A stretch of 64,000 nt of DNA from Myxococcota bacterium (GTDB lineage: Bacteria; Myxococcota_A; UBA796; CAJQPC01). A program made the position numbers and the translations under genes. The notes under the pieces were generated by a model. That model did no database searches, was not told where the DNA came from, and was given only the letters and a program-made list of their open reading frames with translations. The stretch lies in the NCBI GenBank assembly GCA_036229005.1, contig JAZAMN010000073.1:1-64000 (forward strand). The letters are read 5' to 3'. Shown here piece after piece: positions 43,999-53,773 of the stretch (its first letter is position 1; each line of letters begins with the position of its first letter).

Positions 43999-45774
43999 TC
44001 ACTCGAGGATGAAAGCGGCCTGAAGGTAGATGTAGGAGTCGGCCTGGTTCTGCTGGTAGATGCTCTCTCGCAGGCCGAACTCGCGGCCCTGGATGAAGCT
44101 GTACGCGATGAAGTAGACCTGACCGGGATCCAGGAGGCTGAGCTCTTCGGCGATGTAGGCGTGCACGCCGTCGTCCCAGGGGATGGAGGCGGCCATGCCC
44201 GGGTCCGTGGTGCCGTTGTAGGTGGTGCCGCTGATCTCGGTGTAGAAGATGGCGTCGGGGTAGGTGCACGCGCCCAGGCCGCCCTCGGTGTTGGACCACT
44301 GGTAGTTCAGGTCCGTCGAGCGGTCGTGGGTGTAGTTGCCCCAGAAGCCGGGGGTGTCCAGGTACCAGTTGCAGGGCACGGTGGGCTGGACGTCCTCGAT
44401 GATCTCCTCCTCGAGCCCGTCGGGGTCGCCCTGCAGGTGCAGATCGTAGAGGTTGTCGGGGACGTAGTCGTCGATGGTCAGGTCGTAGCCGACGTAGCTG
44501 ATCATCCCGGAGTTGGAGTCGACGGTCTTCTCCAGGGTGACGGTGTTGGCGTCGGACTCCAGCCAGACGTAGTCGCCCGCGGAGACGGTCGTGGGGTTGG
44601 GGCAGTCTTCGGCCTCACCTTCGCTACCGGAGCCGGTGACGGGTCCGACCACGTTGCCGTCGTAGGGGGAGGGCTCGGGCTTGGAGCCCATCCCGCCGCC
44701 GCCGCTGGGACAGGGCGGATCCAGGGGCACAAAGAACACCGCGCCAGCGTTCACCCGCTCGACCAGCGCGCCGCTGTCGTTGTCGATGCCCCGGGTGACG
44801 GTGAAGGAGAGCGAGACGGCGACCTCCTCCAGGGACCAGGTGCCGCCCTGGACCTCGAAGGCGTCGGGGATGCGGAGGCCCTCGTCGTCGGTGGTGATGA
44901 GCACGTCGCGGTCACCGAGCTCCGCGGCGTTGGACAGGGTCATGCGGCCCCAGAGGTTCTCCGAGTCCAGCACGGTGATGCTGTCCACGCGGATGTCCGG
45001 GTTCAGGCCGTCGCTGTCGTAGAAGGTGATGTCCGTGACGTCCTGGATGAAGTTGGTGTCCCGCGCCTTGACGGTGAACTCCACCTGGGTGCCCTGGGTG
45101 GCCTCGGCGGGGTCCCAGGTCGCGGCCAGGGCGACGCGGTCGACCATGAATCCGTCGTAGAGGTTCACGACCTTGGGGCCGTCCTCCGTGTAGATGTCCC
45201 GCAGGCCGGGGCGGGCGTCGCCCTCGATGGAGATCTCGGCCTCCAGCAGGGTCTGGGAGAGGACCTGGACCTCCAGCACGTCGATGTCGTCGCCCAGGTT
45301 GACCCAGGTGCGGCCGTCCTTCCACTCGGTGTTCTGGCCCTCCAGCGTGATGGACACGGTCTCGCCGACCTTGCCCCGCTCGGGGGTGACCACGAAGGTC
45401 TCGCCGGTGACCCGGAAGCCCTTCTCGATGGCGTAGCTGCGGCCGCTGGTGTCGATCTGGATCTTGCGGGGGCCGACCTCGGCGTCCGGCTCGATGCTGA
45501 TGTCGACCAGCAGGGTCCAGTTGTCCTGGACGGTGACGCCGTCCACCCGGATCCCGGCGCCAAAGTAGACATCGGTGGCGCCGTCGAAGTCGAACACGCC
45601 GTTCTGCGCCTGGATGCCGACCTGCATGGAGCGGCCAGCGGGTCCGGCGGGCGGAGAGACGGTGAACAGCGAGTCCGGCGCGGCCTGCTCACCGCTGTCG
45701 TCTGGCTGGGAGTTGCAGCCCAGCACGAGCAGAGGGGCGGCGGCGAGCGACAGCAACAGCCAGCTTCGCGACAT
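43999..45774 (-). CDS. Lipoprotein with three Ig/IPT-like repeats and an uncharacterised C-terminal domain
   Basis: AGGAGA RBS; MSRSWLLLSLAAAPLLVLGC; three repeats of the type P..G..G.tv.i...nt.f....t.v..G.gI.V..v.V...G.Rdv. Confidence 0.85.
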   Translation of the reverse strand: MSRSWLLLSLAAAPLLVLGCNSQPDDSGEQAAPDSLFTVSPPAGPAGRSMQVGIQAQNGVFDFDGATDVYFGAGIRVDGVTVQDNWTLLVDISIEPDAEVGPRKIQIDTSGRSYAIEKGFRVTGETFVVTPERGKVGETVSITLEGQNTEWKDGRTWVNLGDDIDVLEVQVLSQTLLEAEISIEGDARPGLRDIYTEDGPKVVNLYDGFMVDRVALAATWDPAEATQGTQVEFTVKARDTNFIQDVTDITFYDSDGLNPDIRVDSITVLDSENLWGRMTLSNAAELGDRDVLITTDDEGLRIPDAFEVQGGTWSLEEVAVSLSFTVTRGIDNDSGALVERVNAGAVFFVPLDPPCPSGGGGMGSKPEPSPYDGNVVGPVTGSGSEGEAEDCPNPTTVSAGDYVWLESDANTVTLEKTVDSNSGMISYVGYDLTIDDYVPDNLYDLHLQGDPDGLEEEIIEDVQPTVPCNWYLDTPGFWGNYTHDRSTDLNYQWSNTEGGLGACTYPDAIFYTEISGTTYNGTTDPGMAASIPWDDGVHAYIAEELSLLDPGQVYFIAYSFIQGREFGLRESIYQQNQADSYIYLQAAFILE

Positions 45775-45940
45775 GGACGGTCTCCTGAGACGGACGGGCC
45801 CCGCAGTATAGCGACGCCGTGACCCGGCCCGCAATGGCCGTCGACCGCGACTGCTGGCGCAAAAGGCAGGTAAGACAGGCGCAGGGTGTTGGCGCTGGGC
45901 GGGGCCAATAGCCTGGGGGCTTCCAAACGGAGATGCCCAA

Positions 45941-47212
45941 GTGACCCTCATCGCCCTGAGCCTGTTTGCCTGCAAGGACGGCGGCGGCGCCGACACCGCG
46001 CCCACCAACTCCGCCCCCGAGATCACCTCGCTCGCGCTCACCCCGTCCGAAGCCGGTGTGGAGGACCCCATCGTCGCGGCGGTGGAGGCGAGTGATGCAG
46101 ACGGCGACACCCTCTCCTACTCCTACGCCTGGACCGTCGACGGAGAGGCCGCCGGGGACGACAGCGACACCCTGCCCGCGGGGACCGCCACCAAGGGCCA
46201 GTCCGTGGTGGTCAGCGTCTCGGTCAGCGACGGGGAGGAGGAGGTCAGCTCCGAGAGCGCTGCGCTCACCATCGGGAACACCGCTCCGGCTGGCGGGGCG
46301 GTCTCCATCCTGCCGGGGACCCCCAGCGCCGGCGAGGACCTGATCTGCCGCCTGACCACCGAGCCCACGGACGCCGATGGCGACGCCCTTGGCTACACGG
46401 TGACCTGGACCGTGGACGGCGTGGCGGTCTCCCCCCAGGGCGTCGACACCGAGCTCCCCGACGACCACGTCCTGGCCAGCCAGACCCGGGGTGAGGAGAC
46501 GTGGGCCTGTGAGATCACCGCGGACGATGGGGAGGCCTCGATCACTCTGGCCGCCAGCGTGACCCTGCCCCCCGCGCCGCAGGTGCTCATCATCTGGGAC
46601 ACCGAGTCGGAGGGGACCCCTGGTCTGGTGAGCGCGCTGGAGGACTCCGGCGCCATCGTGACGCTCTCCGACACCGACGAGACCGGCTACACGGGGCTGA
46701 ACCCGGCGCCCGACGCCTTCGACACGGTCATCCACCTGAACGGGACGACCTACACCACCGACATGCCCACCGAGGGCCAGACCGCGCTCGTGGACTTCGT
46801 CGACAACGGCGGCGGCTTCATCAGCACCGAGTGGGACGCCTACGAGGTGTTGTACAACCGGCACCAGGTGCTGCAGGCCATCGTGCCGATGCGGCGCGAC
46901 AACGGGTCCGGCGGGACCTTCACGGAGCACACGCTGGTGGGTGAGCACCCCGTGACCGACTCCCTCCCGGAGACCTTCACCGTCACCGCGAATTGCAATG
47001 GCAACGTGGGGAGCGCCGTGGAGGCGGCCCAGGTCCTGGCGACCACCGTCCTGTGGGGGGACACGGTCGCCGTGATGTCCTACGGCAGCGGCCGCGTGGC
47101 CGGGTTCGCCTATGCCGGCAACTACGCCAACGACAGCAGCGCCTACTGCCTGAACGACCCCGCGATCAGCACCATGATGGTGAACGCGGTGTGGTGGACC
47201 GCGGGGATGTGA
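45941..47212 (+). CDS. Lipoprotein with two Ig-like repeats and a GATase-like C-terminal domain
   Basis: GGAG RBS; MTLIALSLFAC; NSAP/NTAP...DADGD.L.Y...WTVDG repeats; ALVDFVDNGGGFI, HPVT, YGSGRV. Confidence 0.8.
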   Translation: MTLIALSLFACKDGGGADTAPTNSAPEITSLALTPSEAGVEDPIVAAVEASDADGDTLSYSYAWTVDGEAAGDDSDTLPAGTATKGQSVVVSVSVSDGEEEVSSESAALTIGNTAPAGGAVSILPGTPSAGEDLICRLTTEPTDADGDALGYTVTWTVDGVAVSPQGVDTELPDDHVLASQTRGEETWACEITADDGEASITLAASVTLPPAPQVLIIWDTESEGTPGLVSALEDSGAIVTLSDTDETGYTGLNPAPDAFDTVIHLNGTTYTTDMPTEGQTALVDFVDNGGGFISTEWDAYEVLYNRHQVLQAIVPMRRDNGSGGTFTEHTLVGEHPVTDSLPETFTVTANCNGNVGSAVEAAQVLATTVLWGDTVAVMSYGSGRVAGFAYAGNYANDSSAYCLNDPAISTMMVNAVWWTAGM

Positions 47213-47255
47213 GCCCGGCCCCTGAGGCGCCGGCCGAGCGATCGAGCCCGGAGCC

Positions 47256-48473
47256 TCAGGGCAGGCTGACGAACATCGTCAGCAGGCACATTTCGTCTTG
47301 GGTGCCGTCACCCCAGTTGGTGACCTCATCGACCGAGGTGCTGTCGTAGGTGCAGCGCATGCCGATGGCGTCGCTGGGCTCGACCCGCACGGGCTCCGTG
47401 AAGGTGTAGGCGAGCTGCCAGTTGAAGTCCCAGCGGGGCACGTCGACCAGGCAGGTCTCGCTGCCGTCTTCGTGCTCCAGCCAGGCCTGCTCGGAGCGGC
47501 CGAGCTTGTGCATGTGGGGGGCGACGGCCCACAGGTTCAGAGCGATGGGCACCCCAAAGTCGGAGAGGCTAACGACGCTCTCCTCGCTGTGGGACTCCTG
47601 GCCGGGGGGGATGTTCAGGGTGGCATCCACCCAGAAGAAGGAGAGCATCTCGGTCTCCACCTGGGGCTCGATCTGGAGGTTGACCTTGGTGCTGTCCAGG
47701 TGGTCGTCAGACGCGTTGTTGTAGTGCATCTGCACGACCACGGGCATGTCGGGCTTGACGCGGATGCCGGTGCCCTCGGGGTAGCGGTTCACCGAGGTGC
47801 CCGGGGCCCAGGAGGCCAGCATGGAAGCGTCCACCCGAGCGTCGCCGAAGCAGGTGTATCCCTCGCCGCTGTCGGCGTCGTCGAGCTCGTAGGCCTCGGC
47901 GAGGGCGGCCTCGTCGCTGGGGGCGTACACGATGAGGTGGTGCACGATCTCAGGGTTGCCCGGCAGCACCTCGAAGCCGGTCAGGAAGCCCTCTTCGGTG
48001 ACACCGGGGTCCACGATGAAGCAGCGGTATGCGTCCGAGCTCTGAGCGAACGCGACCTCCACCTCTCCCAGGTCCAGAGTGTGGCTGACCTCCTCCAGCT
48101 CAGGGAGCGGGTCGGGAGCGCCGGGGTGGTCCTCCGGATTGCCCTCGACCAGACCACCGTCCACCCAGTCGCGGATGGTGGCGATCTCGTCCTCGGAGAG
48201 CCACTTGGCGTCGTGGTAGTCGTTGCAGGCGCCGCTGGCATCGGCCAGGTAGGGCGGCATGCGGCGGCTCTCCACCGAGTCCAGGACCTGGTTGGCCAGC
48301 AGGCTGACCTGCTCGTAGTCCTCCAGGCCGAAGGGACCGATGGCGCCCGCCTGGTGGCAGCTCACGCAGTTGTCCCGCAGGATGGGGGCCACGTCGCGGT
48401 TGTACTGGACCGCGCTGGGGTCGGCGGAGTCGCCAGGAGAGTCGCTGTTGCAGGCAAGGAGGAGGAGGAGCAT
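47256..48473 (-). CDS. Lipoprotein: cytochrome c domain plus copper type II (PHM/DBH-like) monooxygenase
   Basis: MLLLLLAC; CVSCH heme motif, MPP; Cu ligands VHH, QMHY, PHMH, DEMC; RWDFNWQ. Confidence 0.9.
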   Translation of the reverse strand: MLLLLLACNSDSPGDSADPSAVQYNRDVAPILRDNCVSCHQAGAIGPFGLEDYEQVSLLANQVLDSVESRRMPPYLADASGACNDYHDAKWLSEDEIATIRDWVDGGLVEGNPEDHPGAPDPLPELEEVSHTLDLGEVEVAFAQSSDAYRCFIVDPGVTEEGFLTGFEVLPGNPEIVHHLIVYAPSDEAALAEAYELDDADSGEGYTCFGDARVDASMLASWAPGTSVNRYPEGTGIRVKPDMPVVVQMHYNNASDDHLDSTKVNLQIEPQVETEMLSFFWVDATLNIPPGQESHSEESVVSLSDFGVPIALNLWAVAPHMHKLGRSEQAWLEHEDGSETCLVDVPRWDFNWQLAYTFTEPVRVEPSDAIGMRCTYDSTSVDEVTNWGDGTQDEMCLLTMFVSLP

Positions 48474-48477
48474 TCGG

Positions 48478-49041
48478 TCAGCCCTGGGTTTTGGAGACCA
48501 CCTCTCTTAGCCCAAGGTGCCGCTCCAGTGAAAGCAGCAACTCCTGCCGGCCCGAGGAAAACCCGTGCCAGGCCCGCAACTGGGGGAAGAAGACGAAGGC
48601 CAGCCCCATGAAGGCGAGGGCCCCGCGGTACAGCGGCTCGGGCGCCTGGAGGGCGGCGGTCGCGAGCAGCAGGATGCCGACGACGGCGTAGACCGCAGAC
48701 CAGCTATGGATGCGCGGGTGGGGCGCCAGGGTGCCCACGAGTCGGCTCCCCTCTCCGTCGGCGTGGAGCTCGGCGTGCAGCAGGGGCTGGAAGGGAGAGA
48801 GATCCTGGCTGCGGCGTAGCTGAGCGAGCTCCCAGTTCTGGGCGTCGATGCGCCCCCAAAGAGGCTGGGGACTCTGCGGCGCGCGGAGCACCTGGAGGAC
48901 GATCCCCCCGGGGCTGAGCTTGAAGACCAGCGGCCAGCGGCCCTCCAGCGGCTCGAGGTGCTCCCGGGCCCGGGCGAGCAGCGCATGGGGAGGCTGTTCG
49001 CTGCGCAGGGTGACCTGGCTCTTGAGGGTGAAGGGGTTCAC
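48478..49041 (-). CDS. Hypothetical membrane protein (two C-terminal TMs)
   Basis: GTG start 5 nt after the nqrM stop; stops 4 nt before the next gene. Confidence 0.7.
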   Translation of the reverse strand: MNPFTLKSQVTLRSEQPPHALLARAREHLEPLEGRWPLVFKLSPGGIVLQVLRAPQSPQPLWGRIDAQNWELAQLRRSQDLSPFQPLLHAELHADGEGSRLVGTLAPHPRIHSWSAVYAVVGILLLATAALQAPEPLYRGALAFMGLAFVFFPQLRAWHGFSSGRQELLLSLERHLGLREVVSKTQG

Positions 49042-49046
49042 CGGGC

Positions 49047-49226
49047 TCAGCGGGCGAACTGCTTCTCGGCGTGGCAGGCCCGCCGCTTCTCGAGCTCACA
49101 CACGCAGTCTTCGCCGCCCTTGCCTCCGCAAGAGCCCTTGAGCTCCTTGTTGGAGAAGATGACGCCGACGGCCAGCCCCGCCATAGCGAGGCCGACGATC
49201 CCGGTCGCGAGGAGAATGGTGGCCAT
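49047..49226 (-). CDS. nqrM: Na+-NQR maturation factor NqrM (DUF539), 59 aa, absent from the ORF track
   Basis: Hand translation MATILLATGIVGLAMAGLAVGVIFSNKELKGSCGGKGGEDCVCELEKRRACHAEKQFAR; AAGGAGG RBS; KGSCGG plus four Cys; directly after apbE. Confidence 0.9.
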   Translation of the reverse strand: MATILLATGIVGLAMAGLAVGVIFSNKELKGSCGGKGGEDCVCELEKRRACHAEKQFAR

Positions 49227-49259
49227 GGGCCCTCCTTTGGGGACGCTCCCCTAACCGGA

Positions 49260-50369
49260 CTACTGCTGGGGTGCGGGGAAGTTGCTGCTGCGCAGGGCCT
49301 GGAGCTGCTCTCCATCACGGACCAGCATGAGCACCGCGAGGCCCTGCTGCTCGGCGAAGGCCATGCCCTGCTCCGGGCCCATCACGGACAAGGCAGTGGC
49401 GTATGCGTCCGCCATCATGCAGCTACTGTGAAGCACGCTGACGCTGGCCAGCGTGTGCTCGACGGGCCTACCGGTCTTGGGGTCGATGGTGTGCGAGAAG
49501 CGCTGACCGTCCACCGTGAAGAAGTTCCGGTAGTCCCCGCTGGTCGCCATGGCGGCCTGGGTCATGGGGACCACCTGGAACACGCCGCCCTCCTGGGTGG
49601 GGCGCTCCACGGCGATGCGCCAGGGACTCCCCTCCCCCTGCGACTGGCTGGCGGGCTTGGCCTGCCCGACGCGGATCTCGCCGCCGACCTCGACCATGTA
49701 GGACAGGTGTCCGGCCTGCTCCAGGGTCTGGGCGACGCGGTCCACGGCGTAGCCCTTGGCGATGGCCGACAGGTCCACCCGGATGTCGTCCCGGGAGCGG
49801 GTCAGGGTCTTGCCGCCAGCGGCGTCCTCCCCGAAGCTGATGGCGCCGAAGTCCACGCGCGCGAGCGCCGACCCGATGTCCTCGTCTGCGGGCAGATCGC
49901 TGCGGCTGGGGTCGGGTCCGAAGCCCCAGAGTTGCACCAAGGGACCCACGGTGGGGTCGAAAGCCCCCTCGGACTCCTTGTGGACCTGCTGGGCGGCCGA
50001 CATGACCTCGAAGAACAGGGGCGAGGCCTCGAACGCCACGTCCACCGGCTGCTCGCCGAAGCGGGAGATCTCGGAGGTGGGCAGGTAGGTGGACATGCTC
50101 TGGTTCACCCCCTCCAGCGCCTGGGTGATGGCCTTCTGCAGGCGCTCGTGGGCCTCGGGGTTCAGCTCCCCGGGGATGCGCACGGTCCAGGTCGTGCCCA
50201 TGGTCTCCCCCCAGAGGGAGGTGAGGGGCTGCTGGGCCTCGGCTTGCTGCGCCCACTGCTCCTTGGCCTCCTGGCCGCGCTGCCACCAGACGACGGTGAC
50301 CACGCTGAGGAAGACCGCCGGGATCGCCATTCTCTTGAGGATGGCCTTGAGCTCGGGGGACATGGACAT
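49260..50369 (-). CDS. apbE: FAD:protein FMN transferase
   Basis: GETMGTTW, GAFDPTVGPLVQLWGFG, DLSAIAKGYAVD, ATSGDYRN, SHTIDPKTG, ADAYATAL. Confidence 0.96.
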   Translation of the reverse strand: MSMSPELKAILKRMAIPAVFLSVVTVVWWQRGQEAKEQWAQQAEAQQPLTSLWGETMGTTWTVRIPGELNPEAHERLQKAITQALEGVNQSMSTYLPTSEISRFGEQPVDVAFEASPLFFEVMSAAQQVHKESEGAFDPTVGPLVQLWGFGPDPSRSDLPADEDIGSALARVDFGAISFGEDAAGGKTLTRSRDDIRVDLSAIAKGYAVDRVAQTLEQAGHLSYMVEVGGEIRVGQAKPASQSQGEGSPWRIAVERPTQEGGVFQVVPMTQAAMATSGDYRNFFTVDGQRFSHTIDPKTGRPVEHTLASVSVLHSSCMMADAYATALSVMGPEQGMAFAEQQGLAVLMLVRDGEQLQALRSSNFPAPQQ

Positions 50370-50379
50370 TCACACCTCC

Positions 50380-50419
50380 AAAAAGAGAGACCCGCGAAGG
50401 GAAATCCCAACGCGGGTCT
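50380..50419 (-). terminator. Intrinsic terminator-like hairpin between nqrF and apbE
   Basis: Minus strand AGACCCGCG-TTGGGATTTCCCTT-CGCGGGTCT then CTCTTTTT, abutting the apbE GGAGG RBS. Confidence 0.75.
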
Positions 50420-50442
50420 GTGCAGACGAGGACAGGCTGGGC

Positions 50443-51690
50443 CTACCCGCCGAAGTCGTCGAGCATGATGTTCTCGGGCTCGACGCCCAGGTCGATCAGC
50501 ATGTTGATGACGGCCTGGTTCATCATGGGCGGACCACAGAGGTAGTACTCGATCTCTTCCGGAGCGGGGTGCTTGGAGAGGTACTCGTCGTGGGCGACCT
50601 GGTGGATGAAGCCGGTGAGGCCCTTCCAGTTGTCCTCCTCCGTCGCGTCGGACAGAGCGATGAACCACTGGAAGTTGTCGTTCTCCGCCTGGATCTCGTT
50701 GAAGTCCTCGACGTAGAAGGCCTCCCGCCAGGAGCGCGCGCCGTACCAGAAGGTGACCTTGCGGTCGGTGTGGATGCGCTTGAACTGGTCGAAGATGTGG
50801 GAGCGCATGGGGGCCATGCCGGCACCACCACCCACGAAGCACATCTCGTTGTCGGTCTCGCGGGCGAAGAACTCACCGAAGGGGCCGGAGATGGTGACCT
50901 TGTCACCGGGCTTCTGGGCGAAGATGTACGAGGACATCTGGCCGGGAGGCACCTTCATGAAGCCCTTGGCCTTGCGGTCCCAGGGCGGGGTGGCGATCCG
51001 GATGTTGAGCATGATGATGCCCTCCTCTCCGGGGTAGTTCGCCATCGAGTACGCGCGGGTGACCAGCTCGTCGACGGTGGACACGAGGTCCCACATCTTG
51101 AAGTTGTCCCAGTCGCCTCGGTACTGGTCGTCCACCACCATCTCGCTGTACTTGGCGACGTGGGGCGGAGCCTCGATCTGGATGTAGCCACCGGCCCGGA
51201 AGGGCACTGCCTCGCCTTCCGGCAGGCTGATGACGAACTCCTTGATGAAGGTCGCGACGTTGTCGTTGGACTTGACCGTGCACTCCCACTTGCGCACGGA
51301 GAAGACCTCAGGCTCCACCTCGATGCGCATGTCGGACTTGACCTTGACCTGGCAGCTCAGGCGGCAGCCATGGCGGGCTTCGCCGCGGGAGATGTGGGTC
51401 TTCTCGGTGGGCAGCATGGAGCCGCCGCCCTCGTGCACGTGGACCTTGCAGACACCGCAGGTGCCGCCGCCGCCACAGGCCGAGGGGATGAAGATCTTGT
51501 TGTTGGCCAGGGTGTTGAGCAGCGTGCTGCCCGCCTGGGTGACGATGGGGTTCTCCTCATCGTCGTTGACGATGATCTTGACCTCGGCGGCGGGGACCAG
51601 CTTGGCCTTGGCGGCCAGCAGGATGCCCACGAGGGCCATGAGGATGACCACGAAGGCCAGGATGCCCAGTCCGACTACCATCCAGTTCAT
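50443..51690 (-). CDS. nqrF: Na+-translocating NADH:quinone reductase subunit F
   Basis: [51 protein letters not shown]. Confidence 0.98.
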   Translation of the reverse strand: MNWMVVGLGILAFVVILMALVGILLAAKAKLVPAAEVKIIVNDDEENPIVTQAGSTLLNTLANNKIFIPSACGGGGTCGVCKVHVHEGGGSMLPTEKTHISRGEARHGCRLSCQVKVKSDMRIEVEPEVFSVRKWECTVKSNDNVATFIKEFVISLPEGEAVPFRAGGYIQIEAPPHVAKYSEMVVDDQYRGDWDNFKMWDLVSTVDELVTRAYSMANYPGEEGIIMLNIRIATPPWDRKAKGFMKVPPGQMSSYIFAQKPGDKVTISGPFGEFFARETDNEMCFVGGGAGMAPMRSHIFDQFKRIHTDRKVTFWYGARSWREAFYVEDFNEIQAENDNFQWFIALSDATEEDNWKGLTGFIHQVAHDEYLSKHPAPEEIEYYLCGPPMMNQAVINMLIDLGVEPENIMLDDFGG

Positions 51691-51700
51691 TTGAGGACCC

Positions 51701-52318
51701 CTAGAGCTGGATACCGGCGAAGGCCATGAAACCGATGGCCATCAATCCGGTGAGGACGAAGGTGATGCCCAGGCCGCGGAGGGCCGGGGGCACGTTGGAG
51801 TAGCGCATGCGCTCGCGAATCGCGGCCAGGGCGACGACCGCCATGGCCCAACCCAGGCCCGAGCCGACGCCGTAGACGACGGACTCGCCGAAGTTGTAGT
51901 CCCGCTCGACCATGAAGAGGCTGGCGCCGAGGATGGCGCAGTTCACGGCGATGAGGGGGAGGAACACGCCCAGGGCGTTGTAGAGGGCCGGCGAGTAGCG
52001 GTCCAGGGCCATCTCGACGATCTGGACCATGGCGGCGATGGTACCGATGAAGACCAGGAAGTTGAGGAAGCTCAGGTCCACCGAGGCCAGGTCCGGAGAG
52101 ATCCAGGCCAGCGCGCCCTCCCGCAGGAGGAAGTGGTGGATGGCCTGGTTGGCCGGCACCGTGACGGCGAGGACGAACATGACCGCGCCACCGAGACCGA
52201 TGGCGGTCTCGACCTTCTTGGACACCGCCAGGAAGGAGCACATGCCCAGGAAGAAGGCCAGCGCCATGTTCTCGACGAACGCGGCCTTGGCGAAGAGGGA
52301 AAGGAGGCTCTCGAGCAT
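51701..52318 (-). CDS. nqrE: Na+-NQR subunit E
   Basis: [38 protein letters not shown]. Confidence 0.98.
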   Translation of the reverse strand: MLESLLSLFAKAAFVENMALAFFLGMCSFLAVSKKVETAIGLGGAVMFVLAVTVPANQAIHHFLLREGALAWISPDLASVDLSFLNFLVFIGTIAAMVQIVEMALDRYSPALYNALGVFLPLIAVNCAILGASLFMVERDYNFGESVVYGVGSGLGWAMAVVALAAIRERMRYSNVPPALRGLGITFVLTGLMAIGFMAFAGIQL

Positions 52319-52320
52319 GA

Positions 52321-52968
52321 TCAGCCCTCCGTCTCGATCTGGTCAGGCTTCCAGGTGCGCAGCGCCCAGATGAAGAAGCCGATGAGGAAGAAGGCGCCGG
52401 GAGCCAGCACCATCAGACCGTTGGGGTTGTACCAACCGCCCTCGGTGATGGGGTTGAGCAGCGTGACGCCGAAGAGCTTGCCCGTGCCGAGGAGCTCGCG
52501 GAAGAAGGCCACGACCAGCAGCACCAGGCTGTAGCCCAGGCCGTTGCCGATGCCGTCCAGAGCGCTCATGCCCGGGCCGTTCTGCATGGCGTAGGCCTCA
52601 GCGCGGCCCATGACGATGCAGTTGGTGATGATGAGACCGACGAACACCGAGAGCTGCTTGCTGACCTCGAAGACGTAGGCCTTGAGGACCTGGTCGGTGA
52701 TGATGACCAGGGAAGCGATGACGGTGAGCTGGACCACGATGCGGATGCTGGGCGGGATGTAGTTGCGCAGCAGGGAGATGAGCACGTTGGACAGCGTGAG
52801 CACGACCGTGAGGGCGATGCTCATGACCAGCGCGGTCTCCAGCTTGGTGGTCACCGCCAGCGCCGAGCAGATGCCGAGGACCTGCAGGGCGATGGGGTTG
52901 TTGTTGAACAGGGGGTCGATCAGCGCCTCGCGCTGCTGCTTCCCGAAGATGCCGTGTTGTGCACTCAT
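52321..52968 (-). CDS. nqrD: Na+-NQR subunit D
   Basis: [42 protein letters not shown] 52968 follows the nqrC stop. Confidence 0.98.
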   Translation of the reverse strand: MSAQHGIFGKQQREALIDPLFNNNPIALQVLGICSALAVTTKLETALVMSIALTVVLTLSNVLISLLRNYIPPSIRIVVQLTVIASLVIITDQVLKAYVFEVSKQLSVFVGLIITNCIVMGRAEAYAMQNGPGMSALDGIGNGLGYSLVLLVVAFFRELLGTGKLFGVTLLNPITEGGWYNPNGLMVLAPGAFFLIGFFIWALRTWKPDQIETEG

Positions 52969-52972
52969 GGGG

Positions 52973-53773
52973 TCACCTCTGCTCCGCGAGGAGGGGTCCG
53001 TAGGCGGCCTCACCCATCCAGAAGTGGATGCCCTTGGTCACGCCGTTGCTGGTCAGGGTGGCGCCGGAGAGGCCGTCCACGTTGTAGGGGTCCTCTGCGG
53101 GGGTGCCCGCCTGTCCCTTCTTGACGCCCAGCGCGACGCTGCCGCCGTCGAAGATCTTGCGGCCGGGCCAGAGCCCACGCCAGCGGGAGTTGTCGACCTC
53201 GCCACCCAGGCCCGGAGTCTCTCCGTGCTCGTAGAAGATGAGGCCCTTGACGGTGTTGCCGTCCGCCGCGTCCACAGCCATGAAACCGTAGAGGGTGGAC
53301 CACAGCCCGGGGGCGGTGATCGGGAGGATGAGGCGCTCGCCGTCATCGGTCTTGATGCGGTAGACCTTGGCGCAGTTGGGCAGGCGGGTGACCTTCGCGT
53401 CGTTGGCCTCGACCTCGAAGCTCATGGAGGGCTCCTTGGTCGCCTTCTTCTGGTCGTAGCTGACCAGGTCCAGGCTCTCGCAGTCGCCCTGGGCTCCGGG
53501 GAGCTTGACGAACTCGGGGCTCACGGAGCCGTCGGAGAAGAAGCCCTGCACCGCGGAGGCCTCCAGCGCGCCGACCTCGTCGTCGTTGGAGCCGGAGTCG
53601 TTGGCGTCCTGGATCAGACCGGAGACGGTGAGCACCTTCTTCTGCTGGTCCAGGATCTTGTTGGCGTCCTGCTTGTCCTTGAGGGCGACAGCCGCGCCGG
53701 ACACGAAGACGGAAGCGACCAGGCAGACCGCGCCGGCGAAGCCGACGATGTAGCCAGTGGAATCAAGCTGCAT
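52973..53773 (-). CDS. nqrC: Na+-NQR subunit C
   Basis: [17 protein letters not shown] site [14 protein letters not shown]. Confidence 0.97.
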   Translation of the reverse strand: MQLDSTGYIVGFAGAVCLVASVFVSGAAVALKDKQDANKILDQQKKVLTVSGLIQDANDSGSNDDEVGALEASAVQGFFSDGSVSPEFVKLPGAQGDCESLDLVSYDQKKATKEPSMSFEVEANDAKVTRLPNCAKVYRIKTDDGERLILPITAPGLWSTLYGFMAVDAADGNTVKGLIFYEHGETPGLGGEVDNSRWRGLWPGRKIFDGGSVALGVKKGQAGTPAEDPYNVDGLSGATLTSNGVTKGIHFWMGEAAYGPLLAEQR

